DNA of 20,000 bases, from IMG/VR virus record IMGVR_UViG_3300033153_001312; one strand, given 5' to 3'. Numbering within the stretch: the first letter of the stretch is position 1; every line of letters starts with the position of its first letter. The stretch is from an uncultured virus (IMG/VR IMGVR_UViG_3300033153_001312). Taxonomy: Duplodnaviria > Heunggongvirae > Uroviricota > Caudoviricetes > Crassvirales. The notes under the pieces were generated by a model. It was not told the DNA's origin. It made no database searches and was given only the letters and a program-made list of their open reading frames with translations. This document shows positions 17,775-20,000 of this stretch, piece by piece. A program made the translations under genes and the position numbers.

Positions 17775-18041
17775 TTATTTTCTTAGTTGATATATTCTGT
17801 CGTCTAACCTATTTAGAGTTTCTTTCATTTCTAACATTTCTGTTTTTATAAATACTAACTCTTTTTGAATTTCTATCATTTGCTCAGTAGGAGTCTGACT
17901 TGGTTTTGGTAATTCTTTTGCCTCTTCTATTTGGGCTTGCAAAGAATAATACATTCCCACCATACTTCCTACTAACACTATTATAGTAAAAAAGTTTTTA
18001 GGACTTAAACTAAATTTGGTGTTTTCAGAAATAACTGTCAT
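17775..18041 (-). CDS. Membrane-anchored coiled-coil protein (88 aa), lysis-associated candidate
   Basis: One hydrophobic segment (FFTIIVLVGSMVGMYYSL) followed by a coiled-coil C-terminus. Directly upstream of the amidase. Confidence 0.6.
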   Translation of the reverse strand: MTVISENTKFSLSPKNFFTIIVLVGSMVGMYYSLQAQIEEAKELPKPSQTPTEQMIEIQKELVFIKTEMLEMKETLNRLDDRIYQLRK

Positions 18042-18042
18042 A

Positions 18043-18582
18043 TTACCAAATACCTATTGTGTTATCTCTAACTGCAGCGGTTGTATTCGTTTCATAAACT
18101 TGTAAAACTTGTACAGGTAAATAATTACCAACTATAAAATTTGTAAATTGAATAACATTTCCAGCTACAGTTTTTACTTGTACATTAACATACTCTTCAC
18201 CAACATTAGATATCGTACCACTTTTTCCTATATATAATAAACATCCTTCTGAGGAAGCTATTCTTTCTGAAGCCAAAGGACCTCCTTGGAATATTGTGTA
18301 ATCTTCATCTGTCGCAAAAACATTAGCAGAAACTGATAAGACATTTGCAGAGTCAATTGCTGTTATTGTAGCGACTGTACCATCTGTTGTGTTGTATATA
18401 ATATCACCTACAACTACACCATTAGTTAAAAAGTTTTCTGATGCGTCAACTAATTTATCAGTTGTTGTTCCTGTAGTTCTTCCGGTTATTTGAGGTAATC
18501 CTGGATCAGGAATTGGAATTGTATCACTTGCAATTACAGGAATAGTTAATCCTGTATTGACTGTTATTTTTGGATATGCCAT
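18043..18582 (-). CDS. Probable spike-base/capsid decoration protein (RcGTA Rcc01079-like) with an inserted domain
   Basis: VIASDT...[insert]...LLYIGKSG...VKTVAG..F....G..LPVQV..V..T.T.A...W matches the Rcc01079 pattern as I recall it (ITPSD...L.V..GG...G...AG..LPV...V..TGT.A...W). Confidence 0.55.
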   Translation of the reverse strand: MAYPKITVNTGLTIPVIASDTIPIPDPGLPQITGRTTGTTTDKLVDASENFLTNGVVVGDIIYNTTDGTVATITAIDSANVLSVSANVFATDEDYTIFQGGPLASERIASSEGCLLYIGKSGTISNVGEEYVNVQVKTVAGNVIQFTNFIVGNYLPVQVLQVYETNTTAAVRDNTIGIW

Positions 18583-18612
18583 TTTTTTTATTTTAGAGGG
18601 TTAAAAATCTCT

Positions 18613-18786
18613 TTATTTATTATAAGGAAATACTCTATTTAAAGTATCTCTTCTTTTACCGCAACCGCAGTCTTCTTTACCTACAGCTTTGGCCATATTA
18701 TGAGCAACTTTATCTAAACCCGTAGCTTTAGTTAATTTTGCTATAGAATCACCAAGACCTCTGGATTTGTTATTTACATTTTGCAT
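18613..18786 (-). CDS. Small 57-aa phage protein with GLGD...DCGC motif
   Basis: Manual translation MQNVNNKSRGLGDSIAKLTKATGLDKVAHNMAKAVGKEDCGCGKRRDTLNRVFPYNK. Confidence 0.7.
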   Translation of the reverse strand: MQNVNNKSRGLGDSIAKLTKATGLDKVAHNMAKAVGKEDCGCGKRRDTLNRVFPYNK

Positions 18787-18893
18787 GAACAAGTTGAATT
18801 AGGACATTCTGTAACTTTAAAAGTTAAGTAATTCATTAAACCATTCCATTTACATTGTAAATAGCAATACATAGATTTTAGTCTTTCTATCAT
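18774..18893 (-). CDS. Small Cys-rich 39-aa protein
   Basis: Manual translation MIERLKSMYCYLQCKWNGLMNYLTFKVTECPNSTCSCKM. Starts 2 nt after the previous stop and overlaps the next ORF. Confidence 0.55.
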   Translation of the reverse strand: MIERLKSMYCYLQCKWNGLMNYLTFKVTECPNSTCSCKM

Positions 18894-18895
18894 AA

Positions 18896-19108
18896 TTATT
18901 TATTTCTTATTCTGTCGTTAATTGGAGTTTTAATTCTTGGCTTTACATATTGAATATGTGAGTCTGGAGTTAAAATTTCTGCTTTAGCGACTGTTTTTGT
19001 TTTTTTTATTTTTCCTGTAGTTTTTAATTCTACCTTTTCTTCGTAAGGCATATTAGGTGGAGCTACAGGGTCTTTTTTTAATAAGTTCTTGCGTTTCTTT
19101 TTTGCCAT
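18896..19108 (-). CDS. Small Lys-rich hypothetical protein (70 aa)
   Basis: In the ORF track, with an A-rich leader AATTAAATTAAATAAA-ATG. Confidence 0.65.
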   Translation of the reverse strand: MAKKKRKNLLKKDPVAPPNMPYEEKVELKTTGKIKKTKTVAKAEILTPDSHIQYVKPRIKTPINDRIRNK

Positions 19109-19129
19109 TTTATTTAATTTAATTATTGT

Positions 19130-19333
19130 TTATCCTTTAGTACTACAACCAAAGTTTTTTGCATAGTTAGCCATTTTTACAACTGACTCTGAGTATTTAT
19201 CAGTATTCTTCATAACAGCTGATGCTGCTGAACAAGTGCTTTTACCAGGCATATTGCTTTTGACCCATGCAGTAAACTTTCCTTCATTTCCTTTTTTAAT
19301 TTGTGGAAATGCTTTTTTAGTACGACCAGCCAT
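19130..19333 (-). CDS. Small basic protein (67 aa) with IKxxNxGKFT...YS...VKxANxAxN motif
   Basis: The likely start is the ATG at 19333 (TAATG overlap with the upstream stop), not 19360 as in the ORF track. Confidence 0.7.
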   Translation of the reverse strand: MAGRTKKAFPQIKKGNEGKFTAWVKSNMPGKSTCSAASAVMKNTDKYSESVVKMANYAKNFGCSTKG

Positions 19334-19527
19334 TACTTTAAATGATCGTGAGTTTTCCAAGATGAAGTATGTCTGTAAGACATTGACTTGTCAGCTCCGT
19401 AAGAGTGACCATACATCTTTTTAGACATTGCTTTAGACTCATCTCTTCTGTCTTTAAAAGACTGAGATTTCTTTCCGTTTCTTGCTCCTAAAGATTCGTC
19501 AAGTCTGTCGTTATATCCTTGTTTCAT
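19333..19527 (-). CDS. Small basic protein (64 aa), KQGYNDRLDESLG...KDRRDES motif
   Basis: The likely start is the ATG at 19527, after an A-rich leader. The track start at 19581 lies inside the upstream ORF. Confidence 0.7.
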   Translation of the reverse strand: MKQGYNDRLDESLGARNGKKSQSFKDRRDESKAMSKKMYGHSYGADKSMSYRHTSSWKTHDHLK

Positions 19528-19546
19528 ATTTTCTATTTTTTTAAAA

Positions 19547-19717
19547 TTAATATCCAGATTTAGTTTTCGCATCCATGCCATAACCAGGATTGTTCTTTAT
19601 AGAACCATTCATAGTTTTAGCAAATTCTACTGCTTGTGCTTTTCCAACAGCATTGTATGGAAAAGTTCTTTTCATTGTTTTACCCGTATTTGGGCATTTA
19701 TGTGTTACTGTAGGCAT
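19547..19717 (-). CDS. Small 56-aa basic protein
   Basis: Manual translation MPTVTHKCPNTGKTMKRTFPYNAVGKAQAVEFAKTMNGSIKNNPGYGMDAKTKSGY. Tightly packed with its neighbours. Confidence 0.65.
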   Translation of the reverse strand: MPTVTHKCPNTGKTMKRTFPYNAVGKAQAVEFAKTMNGSIKNNPGYGMDAKTKSGY

Positions 19718-19719
19718 AA

Positions 19720-19896
19720 TTAAGCTGTTTTCTTTTTTCCTTTCTTACCTTTTGTTGCACCAGCAATAACATCAGCTCGTGTAACTCCAGGATTATTATC
19801 TATACCATGCTTTATACTTAGCATTCCTAATCTATCAATATCTTTGTTTTTAAATGCTATGCTGTTATAGTCTATTTTCTTTTTCTTATTACTCAT
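19720..19896 (-). CDS. Small 58-aa Lys-rich protein, GMLSxKxGIDNNP...ADxIAGA motif
   Basis: Manual translation MSNKKKKIDYNSIAFKNKDIDRLGMLSIKHGIDNNPGVTRADVIAGATKGKKGKKKTA. Confidence 0.65.
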   Translation of the reverse strand: MSNKKKKIDYNSIAFKNKDIDRLGMLSIKHGIDNNPGVTRADVIAGATKGKKGKKKTA

Positions 19897-19898
19897 AG

Positions 19899-19910
19899 TG
19901 CAAATATAAT
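19899..19910 (-). promoter_or_regulatory. Bacteroidota -7 element (TATATTTG) just upstream of an ATG
   Basis: Minus strand ATTATATTTGCACT-ATG (core 19901-19908). Confidence 0.6.
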
Positions 19911-19920
19911 AATTAATTTA

Positions 19921-20000
19921 TTAGCATCTCCAACGTCTTAAAGCCATAGCTTTTCTGGTTGGCCTACCTTTTTTATCTTTTAATGGTCCTTTCATTCCTT
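19921..20000 (-). CDS. C-terminus of a DUF6321-like small basic phage protein (partial)
   Basis: ...GMKGPLKDKKGRPTRKAMALRRWRC-stop resembles the ...GPMKDEKGRPTRKALALRKWxC ending I recall for this family. Confidence 0.6.
   Translation of the reverse strand, partial: GMKGPLKDKKGRPTRKAMALRRWRC

Noticed and set aside
18590..18616. AGAG...CTCT hairpin as a terminator
   Set aside because: The stem is only 4-5 bp and is followed by an A-tract, not a U-tract, on the coding strand.
19236..19424. Plus-strand 62-aa ORF
   Set aside because: Antisense to two tightly packed minus-strand ORFs.
1..20000. CRISPR array, tRNA, rRNA, intron/intein or IS element
   Set aside because: Coding density is near complete. 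I saw no regularly spaced nucleotide repeats, RNA gene signatures or transposase/homing-endonuclease motifs, and TerL appears uninterrupted.

Overview
AT-rich segment of a tailed dsDNA phage genome, probably infecting Bacteroidota (Flavobacteriia-like). Host evidence: TAnnTTTG promoter elements, A-rich leaders without Shine-Dalgarno sites, and a signal peptide with Gln at +1. All credible genes are on the minus strand. In transcription order (right to left): a cluster of tiny, mostly Lys-rich ORFs; a probable RcGTA Rcc01079-like spike-base protein; a lysis trio (TM/coiled-coil protein, Zn amidase, GTA-type holin); a block of Gly/Ser/Thr-rich fibre genes (239, 881, 960 and 1559 aa) with an outer-membrane beta-barrel gene inside it; a LamG/ConA-like gene broken by a frameshift; small chaperone-like ORFs; a tandem GroES-like protein; terminase small and large subunits; and the 5' part of the portal gene. 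The main leads are a possible head-to-tail docking chain among the fibre genes, fibres built from trimeric-autotransporter-like modules, the split LamG gene and the phage-encoded OMP. All family calls come from motif recognition, not database searches.
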